This document shows positions 39,341 to 48,920 of a DNA stretch of 64,000 bases, piece by piece. The notes under the pieces were generated by a model. That model searched no databases. It saw only the letters and a list, made by a program, of their open reading frames with translations, and was not told the DNA's origin. The stretch is from an uncultured delta proteobacterium (GTDB lineage: Bacteria > Desulfobacterota > Binatia > UBA9968). Where the stretch lies: positions 704,001-768,000 of the forward strand of contig CAVSHR010000004.1 of NCBI GenBank assembly GCA_963727625.1, in the 5' to 3' direction. The first letter of the stretch is position 1, and each line of letters begins with the position of its first letter. Made by a program: the position numbers and the translations under genes.

Positions 39341-40435
39341 ATGAGCAAACCACGCACGATTGACGAAGTAAAAAACGACATCCGCAAGCGCGTCGGCCGG
39401 CGCGCGCCGTTTCTCCACGCGGACAAAATGGAAGCGGAACAAGCGCTCGCGAAAATGGCTAATTTTGAAGGCGAAAGCTGGGCCGCGGCGTGGAACGACC
39501 TTGGCGAGCAATGGGAAGCTAAAGCCAACGCCGCGAAAAAAAACGGCAACGCCGCGGAAGCGAAAGGCGCCTATCTCAAATCCTACGGCTACTATGGCAT
39601 CGCGCGCCACCCCTTTCCGAGCTCGCCCGGCAAGCAACACGGTTACGCCAAAACCCGCGAGATGTTCTTGGCGGCGTCGAAATACTTCGACGTTCCAGTG
39701 GAGCGGGTGTCGATTCCCTTCGCCGGCAAAAACATCGTCGGTCATCTGCGGCTGCCGAAAAAATTGCCGGCGCCGATGATCCTGCATTGGGGCGGCATCG
39801 ACAACTGGAAAGAAGAGCGCCACTCCTTCGGCGAAACCTTCGTCAGAGAAGGCTGGGGTTGTTTCATCATCGACAGTCCGGGCACGGGGGAGTGCCCGGT
39901 GCCGGCGGGACCGGAGGCACACAAGCTCCATATTGCCGTGCTTGATTATCTGCTCACCCGCCCCGACGTGAATACAAACAAGATTGCCGTCGTCGGTGCG
40001 AGCTTCGGCGGCCACTGGTCGACCAAGCTCGCCCATGTCGCGCCGGAGAAACTGCGCGCCGCGGTTAACTGGGGCGGCGGCATCCATTATTTTTTTCAAC
40101 CCGAGTGGCAGGAGCGCTCGCGCCACGCCGATTCTTATCTATTCGATCTGATCGAAGCCCGTGCCAACTTGTTCGGCAAAAGAACTTTCGATGAGCTCTG
40201 CCAGGTCATGCCGACCTTGTCGCTGCTCGATCAGGGCTGGCTCGACAAGCCCTGCGCGCCGCTATTGATCGTCAACGGCAAGGAAGACAAACAAGTGCCG
40301 CTCGACGATTTTTATTTATTGCTCGAACATGGCAATCCAAAAGCAATCCGGCTCTTTCCCGGCGGCCATATGGGCGCGATCCCGAATATTCTAAAGACCG
40401 TGCTGGCGTGGCTGCACGAGCGATTGGATGGCTAA
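39341..40435 (+). CDS. Alpha/beta hydrolase (FrsA / dihydropseudooxynicotine hydrolase-like)
   Basis: GGIDNWKEE, DSPGTGE, GASFGG, GGHMG. Confidence 0.85.
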   Translation: MSKPRTIDEVKNDIRKRVGRRAPFLHADKMEAEQALAKMANFEGESWAAAWNDLGEQWEAKANAAKKNGNAAEAKGAYLKSYGYYGIARHPFPSSPGKQHGYAKTREMFLAASKYFDVPVERVSIPFAGKNIVGHLRLPKKLPAPMILHWGGIDNWKEERHSFGETFVREGWGCFIIDSPGTGECPVPAGPEAHKLHIAVLDYLLTRPDVNTNKIAVVGASFGGHWSTKLAHVAPEKLRAAVNWGGGIHYFFQPEWQERSRHADSYLFDLIEARANLFGKRTFDELCQVMPTLSLLDQGWLDKPCAPLLIVNGKEDKQVPLDDFYLLLEHGNPKAIRLFPGGHMGAIPNILKTVLAWLHERLDG

Positions 40436-40437
40436 GC

Positions 40438-40692
40438 GTGAGCCTCTACCAGCTGCAAAAACTTTTGTACCACGTCAATCGCGACGCCGCGCAGCGCGAG
40501 CGCTACCGGCAGGACCCGGCTGCGTTTATCAAAAACTATGAGTTAACCGAAGCGGAAGCCAAGGCCGCGCTGGAAGTTGACGCGCGCGCTCTCTATTCTC
40601 TCGGGGTTCATTCGCTCTTATTGCGGCCGTTCACGTTGCTGCACAAAGTGTCTAACGAAGATTACGCTCAGGCGTTGAAAGGATTGGACTAG
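40438..40692 (+). CDS. LigA-like small subunit of an aromatic ring-opening dioxygenase
   Basis: SLYQLQKLLY..NRD....RY..DP......YELT..E..A....D...LY.LGVH. Confidence 0.8.
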   Translation: MSLYQLQKLLYHVNRDAAQRERYRQDPAAFIKNYELTEAEAKAALEVDARALYSLGVHSLLLRPFTLLHKVSNEDYAQALKGLD

Positions 40693-40694
40693 CC

Positions 40695-41510
40695 ATGCCG
40701 ATGGTGTTTGCCTGCGCAGCCAGCCACGCGCCCGGAATGACCGCCTGGACCGAAGCCGCGCCGAAAGAACAAGCGGATAAGTTTCTCACGAGTTACCGCC
40801 AACTCGGTGAGCGCCTTGCGGAGACGAAGCCGGACGCGATCATCGCTCTCACGGTCGAGCATTGGGCGAATTTTTTTCTCAACGGCATGCCGAGCTTTTG
40901 CATCGGCCGCGCCGCGCACTACGAGGGCCCGATCGAGGAATGGTTGCGCATTCCCAAGGCGCGTGTTCCCGGCGACTCCAGCCTGGCCAAAGAAATCATC
41001 GGCGCATATATGGACGGGGGGTTCGACCCGACTTTTTCCGACGAACTTTTGTTAGACCATGCGACGTTTTTGCCGCTGCATTTTCTAAACCCGAATATGG
41101 CGCTGCCGGTGGTGCCGATCATTATCAACACGCTCACGCCGCCGATGCCGACGGTGAAGCGCTGTTTCAGCTTCGGCGAATTTCTCGGCACGTTGCTCGA
41201 CAAAAGCCCGAAGCGCATCGCTGTAATCGCCACCGGCGGTCTATCCCACTGGCCCGGCGAAGCCAAGCACGGCAAGATCAACGTGTCCTTCGACCAGAGC
41301 TTTTTGGAAGCATTAATTGCCGGCGATCAAACCAAACTTACCGGCTACAGCCACGAAGAAATCAACCGCGAGGCCGGCTCCGGCGGCCATGAGATCCGAA
41401 CCTGGATCGCGCTCGCCGGCGCAACAAAAAACTGGAAAGCCGAGTTGCTCGCCTACGAGCCCGTCGTGCCATGGGCGACGGGATGCGGCCTGGTGACGTT
41501 TTCCAGGTGA
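40695..41510 (+). CDS. LigB/MhpB-type extradiol dioxygenase
   Basis: ASHAP, EH..NFF, LDHA, TGGLSHWP, G.GGHEIRTW. Confidence 0.9.
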   Translation: MPMVFACAASHAPGMTAWTEAAPKEQADKFLTSYRQLGERLAETKPDAIIALTVEHWANFFLNGMPSFCIGRAAHYEGPIEEWLRIPKARVPGDSSLAKEIIGAYMDGGFDPTFSDELLLDHATFLPLHFLNPNMALPVVPIIINTLTPPMPTVKRCFSFGEFLGTLLDKSPKRIAVIATGGLSHWPGEAKHGKINVSFDQSFLEALIAGDQTKLTGYSHEEINREAGSGGHEIRTWIALAGATKNWKAELLAYEPVVPWATGCGLVTFSR

Positions 41511-41572
41511 TCGGGACAGGCGAAGTCTGCAATGACCGCACTGTGGCCTGTTGCCTTCTTTCAGGAGCTTAG

Positions 41573-42565
41573 ATGAAATTCAGCCTTCACAGCGTTCACG
41601 GCGGGGTTAAAAACATCGATGAGATCCACCAGCGCGCCCGACGCGCCGAAGAGCTAGGATACGACGGTGTTTTTCTCGGCGAGAGCCATTTGAGTTCCAT
41701 CGATTCATTTCAAACCTTGGCAAGTTGCGCCATGATCACCCAGCGTTTGCTGCTCGGCATCGCAGTCACCAACATCGTCTTCCGCCACCCGACGGTCATC
41801 GCCGGTGCGGCGGCATCGCTCAACGAAATATCCAAAGGACGGGCAATCATGGGCCTCGGCACCGGCGACGGGCCGGTTTACACTCAGGGATTGAAAGCGA
41901 TGCCGATGAAGCAGTTCGAGGAAGGCGTGCGGCTAATTCGCCTGCTGGTGCAAGGACACCGCGTATCGTTTCCGACCGGCAAGATCGGCATCGGCTTTAC
42001 TATCAACGCGGCAGCGCCCATCTATGTTTCCGCCGAAGGGCCCAAGGGACTCAAACTCGCGGGACGCTCCGCCGACGGCGTCATTCTGGGCACCGGATTT
42101 GATCTAAAGGTGTACGAGTGGGCGAAACAAAAGATCCGCGAGGGCGCCGCCGAGACCGAGCGAAAGGCAAGCGACGTGGCGATCATCGCCGCCGGCATGC
42201 TCTGCGTGCGTGACGATGGCGACGAGGCGCGCAAGATCGTGCGCAATCGCATCGCCAACCGGGCGCATCATAATTTTCGCTTCACCTTTGAAACCGTGCC
42301 GCCGGAAGAACTCGCAGGGGTCAAGAAATTCATGGACGGCTTCGACGTCATGAAGCCGATGGAAGACCGCGTCAACCCGGATCTGGTCAATGATTATCTC
42401 GTGCACCGCTTCTCCATCGCCGGCACCCCGGCGGAATGCATCGAGCGCATCGAGGAGCTAAAAGCCGCCGGCGTCGAGCATTTAATGCTTACCGCCGCGC
42501 GCAAAGTTTATCACGAAAGCGTCGACGCATTTGCGACCAAGGTGATGCCGCATTTTCGCCGCTGA
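41573..42565 (+). CDS. LLM-class flavin/F420-dependent oxidoreductase
   Basis: AEELGYD...GESH, GIAVTN...RHP, GR..MGLGTGD, AGRSADGVI. Confidence 0.88.
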   Translation: MKFSLHSVHGGVKNIDEIHQRARRAEELGYDGVFLGESHLSSIDSFQTLASCAMITQRLLLGIAVTNIVFRHPTVIAGAAASLNEISKGRAIMGLGTGDGPVYTQGLKAMPMKQFEEGVRLIRLLVQGHRVSFPTGKIGIGFTINAAAPIYVSAEGPKGLKLAGRSADGVILGTGFDLKVYEWAKQKIREGAAETERKASDVAIIAAGMLCVRDDGDEARKIVRNRIANRAHHNFRFTFETVPPEELAGVKKFMDGFDVMKPMEDRVNPDLVNDYLVHRFSIAGTPAECIERIEELKAAGVEHLMLTAARKVYHESVDAFATKVMPHFRR

Positions 42566-42627
42566 GCCTCTTGACTCAGCGAATGCGGAATCGAACCCTG
42601 TTTTCGCCTACCGCTTGCGCCAAATAA

Positions 42628-42662
42628 AAGCGCCGCCGGCAGCTTCACTGCCGGCGGCGCTT
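42628..42662 (-). terminator. Intrinsic terminator between convergent genes
   Basis: 15-bp stem AAGCGCCGCCGGCAG/CTGCCGGCGGCGCTT, T-rich tail on the minus strand. Confidence 0.8.
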
Positions 42663-42687
42663 GCAGGTCATTCTCGGGATTCAAATC

Positions 42688-43518
42688 TTACGAAGTGATT
42701 TCCCACCAGTTCTTGCTGTTGTCGCTCATCAAAAAATGCGCCCGGCCGTTGGTCTGAATCTCGCGCAGATCCGTGATCCCGAGCGCTTTGCCTTTGGTCG
42801 AGAATTCTTTGTGCGCGGCTTCGACTTCTTCAGGGGTCGCCACCTGCAGCGTGAAGCGGTTGGCCTCCGACAGATAATCTCGGTGCGTGGTCGGCAGCAC
42901 CACGACGTACCAAGGGCCCATATTCGGCACGCTGATATAGGTCGAAGTTCGGCCGCCGCCGATGATATCGAGACCAAGGACGTTGGCGAGAAATTGATCG
43001 CTGGTTTCCTTGTCGTCGCAATTAAGCGTTCCGTGCGTCATCGCCTGCGGCACGTAACCCCGGCCGGGAAATTTTTCTTCCGGCAGCGGCGTCGACCAGT
43101 GCGGCGCGGCGATCCTGCGCCCATGCTTGATCGCGGCGGGATTGTAATACTCGATTTCCAGATCGTTGCCGCCGGGCTCCTTGAAATAAATCGAATAGGC
43201 GTAGTGCGCCTCGTGCGGCTTGGTGACGCTGCGAATGTTGTACTTCGCCTTATGTTCCGAAATATAGGCGTGCGCGTTGGGGATCTCTTTCGAGTTGGCC
43301 ACGCGGAAACCATAATGATTGCTGTGCGGCTTGTTGCCGGCATTGGGGCCGCCCTCGTGGATCACCAGCCGCCAGGTGGTGTTCGGATGCTTGATCACAG
43401 CGTGCTTGTCCTTGCGTTCGACGATTTCGGCCGCCAAGAGATCGGTAAAGATCGGCAACGTTTCATCCAGCAAGCGGCATTCGTAGTGGCCTTCCGTCAA
43501 TCCAATCGGTTTCAGCAT
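42688..43518 (-). CDS. VOC/glyoxalase family protein (two domains)
   Basis: NHYGFRV, SIYFKEPGGNDLEIE, MTHGTL, D.SKNWWEI. Confidence 0.8.
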   Translation of the reverse strand: MLKPIGLTEGHYECRLLDETLPIFTDLLAAEIVERKDKHAVIKHPNTTWRLVIHEGGPNAGNKPHSNHYGFRVANSKEIPNAHAYISEHKAKYNIRSVTKPHEAHYAYSIYFKEPGGNDLEIEYYNPAAIKHGRRIAAPHWSTPLPEEKFPGRGYVPQAMTHGTLNCDDKETSDQFLANVLGLDIIGGGRTSTYISVPNMGPWYVVVLPTTHRDYLSEANRFTLQVATPEEVEAAHKEFSTKGKALGITDLREIQTNGRAHFLMSDNSKNWWEITS

Positions 43519-43588
43519 CCTGCTCTCCTCAAGATTTTGGGTTCACCCATAAACCTGTTAATATTATTAAAAAAATCCGCCGCGCTTG

Positions 43589-44689
43589 TCAATTGGCAGG
43601 TTTCCCCACCGGCGGCATCTTCACCTCGGCTCCCGACTTGGCGCATTCTTCTTCGAAGAGTTTCCGTATGGATGGGTCCTCTTCTTCATATTCGATCTGC
43701 CAACCCCCATACGCCAGCGGCACGTCGGACTGAATCTTTCCCGGCTGCAGCTTATACTTGCGGCTGAGAATTTTTAGCGCCAGGTAGCGCGCGGGCTCGG
43801 CACTGGAATTAAAATGCTGGTGGAACCAGCCTTCGGGCGGCACGACGATGGAACCTGGCTTCCAATCGACGCGCTGCATCTCCCTACCCTCGGGCCAGAG
43901 CAAAGAATAACCCGAGCCGGTGAGAATAAAAACATGGGCGCCGGGGCCGTGGCGATGCGCCTTTTTGTAGATGCCTACCGGGAAGCGCGAAACATGGGAG
44001 CCCATCATGCTTTCCGACATTTCAAAAAAGATTGTTGCGTTGCCCTTGCCTCGTTCGGTCCACGCCACCGGCTCGATGTTGATGGCGTCCGCGACAAAAT
44101 TGGTTTCCACCACCCGGTCGCTATACAGTTTGCCGGTGCCGGCGAAGAACCCTGCTTCGCCCTTGAAACGGTCCGTGAAGGAGTATGGATTGTTGACGAC
44201 GAAATCCTCGCAGTGAAAAAGATTGAAAACCAAGGGCGCCGTCGTCACCGCCAGCAGGCGCGCTTCCCTATCGCCCTGGCCGTTGAAGTGCTGATAGCGG
44301 GCGTTCAGCGGTATCGCGAACAAGCTGCCGGTCTGCCACTCGAAGCTCTGCTTGGGGCCGTCGTTCTGCCACACCGACGTCGCACCGCGGCCGTCGAGCA
44401 CGTAGTAGAGCGCCTCGTAGATATGGCGCTGCGGGTTGAGACTCTTCCCCGGCGGGATGCCGACGACGTAGGCATCATCGAGATAACCCGTGCCGTCGAG
44501 CATGATGTAGACGCCGTTGCCGCCCATACGATCCCACCATTTGAGAGGTATCCTGTAGAGGTCGTCGACGAAAAATCCGCGGATGATGTCGATCCCCTGC
44601 GATCCGATCCAGCGATCGTAGGGCGTGTCCATCATCTCGACTTTGCCGTCCACTTTCACATAAGACGGGCGGGTGCCTTCCTCTGTCAT
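43589..44689 (-). CDS. Bicupin protein (gentisate dioxygenase-like fold)
   Basis: QRHIYEA.YYVL.G.G.T, KAHRHGPGAH, WFHQHFN; RBS GGAGG. Confidence 0.8.
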   Translation of the reverse strand: MTEEGTRPSYVKVDGKVEMMDTPYDRWIGSQGIDIIRGFFVDDLYRIPLKWWDRMGGNGVYIMLDGTGYLDDAYVVGIPPGKSLNPQRHIYEALYYVLDGRGATSVWQNDGPKQSFEWQTGSLFAIPLNARYQHFNGQGDREARLLAVTTAPLVFNLFHCEDFVVNNPYSFTDRFKGEAGFFAGTGKLYSDRVVETNFVADAINIEPVAWTERGKGNATIFFEMSESMMGSHVSRFPVGIYKKAHRHGPGAHVFILTGSGYSLLWPEGREMQRVDWKPGSIVVPPEGWFHQHFNSSAEPARYLALKILSRKYKLQPGKIQSDVPLAYGGWQIEYEEEDPSIRKLFEEECAKSGAEVKMPPVGKPAN

Positions 44690-44827
44690 CGTTCTACCTC
44701 CGGATTGATTTCTGATTTTTTGTTTACCTTGAAAGCGCAGGCCTGGGCAAGCGCGCCGCAGATCGGTTGACAATCGCGTTGCCGCACCAGATAAACATTT
44801 ATCTGCTTTAGAATGAGGTCATTGAGC

Positions 44828-46090
44828 ATGAGTCAAGAAGCGATGAACAGACTGGTGACGGCGCTCCGGTCGGGCGAGGGGCTAAAGGACGATTTTATTT
44901 ACTCCATGCCCTTTGAAGACTACAAAACTTTTTGCGACCCCTTCCCGCGCACGACGTTTGCCGTGAAAGAAGTTCAGGAAAGCACCCGCCGCTATCCCAA
45001 TCCGGAGAAGCCGGGAGAACTGTTTCGCTGGGAGATCCATGGCCGGCTGTTCACCCCGGCGCAAATCTCCATTCCTGACACCGCGGTGGTCATGATTCAC
45101 GGCGGCGCCGCCAATGAATACGAGTTTATTTTTACGCCGGATGGTCCGGAGGAGTATGCGGATCTTACCCGAACCGATCCCACGCAAGCCCGCGTCGGCG
45201 TAGCGCAGCATGTTGCCTCCCTCGGCATTCCGGTCCTTGCGATTTCCTTGCCGGGGCACTTCAGCCGTAAGGCCTGGGCGCCGATTTCCGAACGCCGCCC
45301 AGAATTCATCATCGGCGAAGTGCCAACCGACAGCGAGCTCAAGAACCGCTTGGCGGTCTACACATTCAGAATGTGCACCGAAGCGATCAAGGTTCTGGTC
45401 GAAAATAATCTAAAAGAATCGATTTTCATGTGGGGCCACTCCACCGGCGGCGAATATTTTTACTTGATGGAGCAGTACGGGCTGATAAACAAACTCATCG
45501 GCGGCCTCGGCTTCGGCACCGGCATGCCGGCCTGGCTGCGCAAGGAATGGGATCTCGCCTGCGCGAAAAAGTCGCCGCAGGAGCGGGCCGCACCGTTTCG
45601 TAATCTGACGGACCTGAGCCGGCGCTCGCCGAAGGGTTACATCAAGAGCGGCTATGTAGGGCCCAATCAACCCTGGGGCAGCGCGGAACAATGGTTTGAG
45701 CTTGAGAACCACCGGCGGCCCCAGTTCAAACCGTTTTTGCAGGATATCGAACACAGCGCTCACGATGTCCTGCTGCCTGAGATCAAAAAACTTTCCGGCC
45801 TCCCAGACGAGGAACTGTTCATCACTTACCAAGCCGAATTGGAACGGCTGCGCGGCAAGAAGCTGCTGCACATCGTCGGCGAGTTCGACAAAGGCCATTG
45901 GATCGAGGGCGGCGAAAAAGGATTGGAATTCCGCCGCGAGGTTTACGCCTTCAAGCGCTTCAGGCCCTTCGCCGATGCGCTGCGGTTGATCGTGGTGCCC
46001 AATCTCACTCACTACGGCCACGTGGAAAGTTACAACGAGCGTTTGGCCAACTTAATGGTCACCGGCTTCAAGGAATATTTTCGCAGTTAA
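44828..46090 (+). CDS. Alpha/beta hydrolase-fold protein of unknown substrate
   Basis: HGGA, SLPGH, nucleophile elbow GHSTGG, GEFD, THYGH. Confidence 0.7.
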   Translation: MSQEAMNRLVTALRSGEGLKDDFIYSMPFEDYKTFCDPFPRTTFAVKEVQESTRRYPNPEKPGELFRWEIHGRLFTPAQISIPDTAVVMIHGGAANEYEFIFTPDGPEEYADLTRTDPTQARVGVAQHVASLGIPVLAISLPGHFSRKAWAPISERRPEFIIGEVPTDSELKNRLAVYTFRMCTEAIKVLVENNLKESIFMWGHSTGGEYFYLMEQYGLINKLIGGLGFGTGMPAWLRKEWDLACAKKSPQERAAPFRNLTDLSRRSPKGYIKSGYVGPNQPWGSAEQWFELENHRRPQFKPFLQDIEHSAHDVLLPEIKKLSGLPDEELFITYQAELERLRGKKLLHIVGEFDKGHWIEGGEKGLEFRREVYAFKRFRPFADALRLIVVPNLTHYGHVESYNERLANLMVTGFKEYFRS

Positions 46091-46166
46091 AATGCCGGTT
46101 CCTCACGCTTTCTCTGTGTATCACCTCGCATGATCAACTTGATTTCGGTGAGACCAGCGCGGTCGA

Positions 46167-46308
46167 GCCGCAACCAAAGGATAAAGCCTATTTCGCCATC
46201 GAGGCGCAGAGGTCGGAGGCGAAAGATGAATGAACTTGGAGAAATTCTTCGCCACGGCGCTCCGGCCTTGGCGTCTTGGCGTGAGATATTCCGAGTTTCA
46301 GTTGCGGC
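46167..46308. repeat. Intergenic element family D with GCCGCAAC/GTTGCGGC terminal inverted repeats
   Basis: AGCCGCAACCAAAGG...GAGGCGCAGAGG...CTTGGCGTCTTGGCGTGAG...GTTGCGGC. Confidence 0.55.
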
Positions 46309-46422
46309 GCAGCCTTGCTACGTGATTCGTCGTGATTACCTTTCCGCGCTGAACTCGGAAGAACCAAATGGCAGGGGCGACCCGGCGGTCGTCCCTGGCC
46401 GTTGAATTCACTCCCGTCGCGC

Positions 46423-46800
46423 TTAGCTGCGATGACGACGCCGATCTCTACGGTCGAATCTTCGATCGATGCGGTCGCCGCGACGATCGAGGCGGCGCTC
46501 GATCCGGTCGCCGCGATTGTCCAGACGGTTTTCGATCCGATCGCCGCGGCGATCCAATCGATTCGCTAGCTTGGTCTTGCCCTCGGCCCGCGCCTTTTCC
46601 GCCAGTGCATCGAGGCGCTGGTTAATCCGGTCACCTTTGGCGTCGAGCCTTTCGTTGGCGCGTTCGCCGCGGGCATCGAGCCGGCGATCGATGCGATCGC
46701 CGAGTCGGTCGAAGTAGCCGTCAGCCGCAAACGCCGGTGTCACACTGCCGATTGTCAATACGGCGATGCCGATCATTACAGTTCTTTTCATCTTGGTCAT
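46423..46800 (-). CDS. Secreted Arg/Asp-rich 11-residue repeat protein
   Basis: Signal peptide ending AFA; repeats GDRIDRRLDAR, GERANERLDAK, GDRIENRLDNR, GDRIERRLDRR; RBS AAGGAG. Confidence 0.8.
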   Translation of the reverse strand: MTKMKRTVMIGIAVLTIGSVTPAFAADGYFDRLGDRIDRRLDARGERANERLDAKGDRINQRLDALAEKARAEGKTKLANRLDRRGDRIENRLDNRGDRIERRLDRRGDRIDRRFDRRDRRRHRS

Positions 46801-46839
46801 TTTCTCCTTTAATTTGCTTATTTCGGGCTGTTGTAGAGT

Positions 46840-46868
46840 TGGACGCCGGCTCGCCTCTGCGGTTTACA
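46840..46868 (-). promoter_or_regulatory. Putative ECF-type promoter
   Basis: TGTAAAC-16 nt-CGTCCA on the minus strand, 40 nt upstream of the start. Confidence 0.5.
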
Positions 46869-47021
46869 CAAGGCTAGAAATTTTTTTGAACATTCGCCGA
46901 TACACATTAAACTCATGTTGTTTTCTGAGCTTGAAGATCCGCGGTCGGTTTTAAGAGCTCAATAAACAGCCTCATTGCTTGACAGGAAAAATAATCTAAC
47001 TTACAGATCGTTCACGGGAAG

Positions 47022-48050
47022 ATGTTTATGAGAAGTGTCCTGCATGCCATTTTGTTCGGTCGCCGGTTGGCTGCCGGCTGGGTCATCGCTGGATTCATTT
47101 TTCTTGGCGCGCCACAGGCCCGCGCCGAATCCCTGCGCATCGCCTACACCTCCATCGCGGTGGTTTACGGTCCCCTGTGGCTGACCAAAGAGGCGGGGCT
47201 GTTCAAAAAATATCACATTGAGGCTGAGTTTATTTACATCGCCGGCGGTCCGCCATCGCTCCAGGCACTCATTGCGGGCGATGTGCAAATTTCTTTTACC
47301 GCCGGCGGAGCCGCCGTCGCCGCCAACTTGCAGGGCTCCGATGTCGTGCTGCTCGGTGCGACCATCGACTCACTGCCTTTTGAATTGTGGTCGTCGCCCA
47401 ACATCAAAGAACCGAGTCAACTGAAAGGAACCCGGCTTGGCGTGAGCCGCATCGGCGCGACGACCGATTTCGTCGCCCGCTATTTACTGAAAAAGTGGAA
47501 CCTCCAACCGGACAAGGATGTGGCTATTTTTCAAACCGGATCGGGATCGCAAGTGTTCGCCGCACTACAGGGCGGCTCGGTGCAGAGCGGCGTGCTTTCC
47601 GCGGGACCGGAAACGCTCAAGGCCGAAGCCGCCGGATATTTTCGCCTCGGCGACGTGTCGAACTATGGCCTGGTCTACCCTTTCGGACCCTTCGCAGCTA
47701 GACAGTCATTTATCAAGAACCATCCCGATTTGGTCGGCCGCTTCGTGAAAGCTTATGTCGAGGGGGTGCACCGATTCAAAACCGACAAGAGCGCAGCCCT
47801 GGCCGTGTTGGAAAAATACACGAAACAAAAGAGCACCGCCGCCACTGAAAAAATCTACGAAGTTTACTCGAGCAAATATTTTAAACGCGTGCCCGAAGCC
47901 ACGGCGGCCGGTATCCAGACAATTCTCGAAGAGCTGTCCGCCAACCGCCCCCTACCCGCCGGTGTCACGCCGCAGCGTTTCACCGATTCGAGATTCGTTC
48001 GCGAGCTCGTAAACAGTGGCTTCGTCGATTCGCTTTATAAGAGCCGTTAA
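47022..48050 (+). CDS. NitT/TauT-family ABC substrate-binding protein
   Basis: PLWLTKEAGLFKKY, QALIAGDV, LKGTRLGVSRIGATTDF. Confidence 0.9.
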   Translation: MFMRSVLHAILFGRRLAAGWVIAGFIFLGAPQARAESLRIAYTSIAVVYGPLWLTKEAGLFKKYHIEAEFIYIAGGPPSLQALIAGDVQISFTAGGAAVAANLQGSDVVLLGATIDSLPFELWSSPNIKEPSQLKGTRLGVSRIGATTDFVARYLLKKWNLQPDKDVAIFQTGSGSQVFAALQGGSVQSGVLSAGPETLKAEAAGYFRLGDVSNYGLVYPFGPFAARQSFIKNHPDLVGRFVKAYVEGVHRFKTDKSAALAVLEKYTKQKSTAATEKIYEVYSSKYFKRVPEATAAGIQTILEELSANRPLPAGVTPQRFTDSRFVRELVNSGFVDSLYKSR

Positions 48051-48083
48051 ATTTTTCCGAACCGCACGTAGAGGAGCACCACC

Positions 48084-48236
48084 GTGAAAACCTTCAGCCA
48101 GATCCATCTGCCACACGACACCGGCTGGTCGGCGAGCACACTAATCGCCGCAACGGATTTGCTCGTCGCGCTCGGCGCCTGGCCGAAGCCCGCCGTCGGC
48201 AGCAAATCGGTGGACGCGATGATTTACCAATCCTGA
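48084..48236 (+). CDS. 50-aa small ORF or gene relic
   Basis: GAGGAG RBS then GTG; MKTFSQIHLPHDTGWSASTLIAATDLLVALGAWPKPAVGSKSVDAMIYQS. Confidence 0.35.
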   Translation: MKTFSQIHLPHDTGWSASTLIAATDLLVALGAWPKPAVGSKSVDAMIYQS

Positions 48237-48290
48237 ACAGACGGTTTTCAAACAAAGGAGTACCGAACCATTTCCATCGTCATTGTCGCA

Positions 48291-48827
48291 ATGCCCTACG
48301 GCGTCTTGGACCCGCAACGGCTTTCCCAGGCATCACGAACATCCATCGAGCGGGCGCTGGACTGGTGGCAGAAATCGATGCAGACCTCCAAGCACAAGAC
48401 CTACATCGTGCTGGCGGGCTATGACATCGATCAAGGACAAGAAATAAAACTGCGCCGCGAGCTCGTCGAAGGCTCGGCCCAAGAACTGGAGCTGTTGAGC
48501 AACATCGTCGAGGTCAGTGCGAAAAACGAAGTCGGCCTGGCGCAAAAAATTGCCCGCGTCAGGAGCCTCCTACCGGTGGAGACCATCACGGTCTTCGTCG
48601 AAACCCGCAACGTCATCAGCGTCAAAGCGATCTTCCGAAGAAAATTCGGCAAGACACTGCAAATTCGCAAATTCAAAGCCGAATTCGAATTCAATCATCA
48701 ATGGATCACCACCTCGACGTCGTTCGCCTGGCGGCTACGCAACTGGTTCTTGCGGATTTGGTTCGAGGTGAAGCGGCGGATGGGACGGGGTTTCCGAAAG
48801 AAAATTCGCTACTGGTTCAAATCCTGA
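48291..48827 (+). CDS. Hypothetical protein, possibly a divergent DUF218/YdcF-like fold
   Basis: LSQASR..IERAL, YIVLAG, SAKNE, ITVFV spacing; true start may be ATT at 48270 after AAGGAG. Confidence 0.5.
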   Translation: MPYGVLDPQRLSQASRTSIERALDWWQKSMQTSKHKTYIVLAGYDIDQGQEIKLRRELVEGSAQELELLSNIVEVSAKNEVGLAQKIARVRSLLPVETITVFVETRNVISVKAIFRRKFGKTLQIRKFKAEFEFNHQWITTSTSFAWRLRNWFLRIWFEVKRRMGRGFRKKIRYWFKS

Positions 48828-48831
48828 AAAA

Positions 48832-48911
48832 TGCTGGAGTGCTGGAATAATGGAGCGTTGGAGTGATGGGCGGGGCCCAATACTCCAGTACTCCATCACT
48901 CCAATACTCCA
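48832..48911. repeat. Intergenic palindrome family B (8-mer TGGAGTNN / NNACTCCA units)
   Basis: TGGAGTGCTGGAATAATGGAGCGTTGGAGTGATGG ... CCAATACTCCAGTACTCCATCACTCCAATACTCCA. Confidence 0.88.
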
Positions 48912-48920
48912 TTTTTAGCA

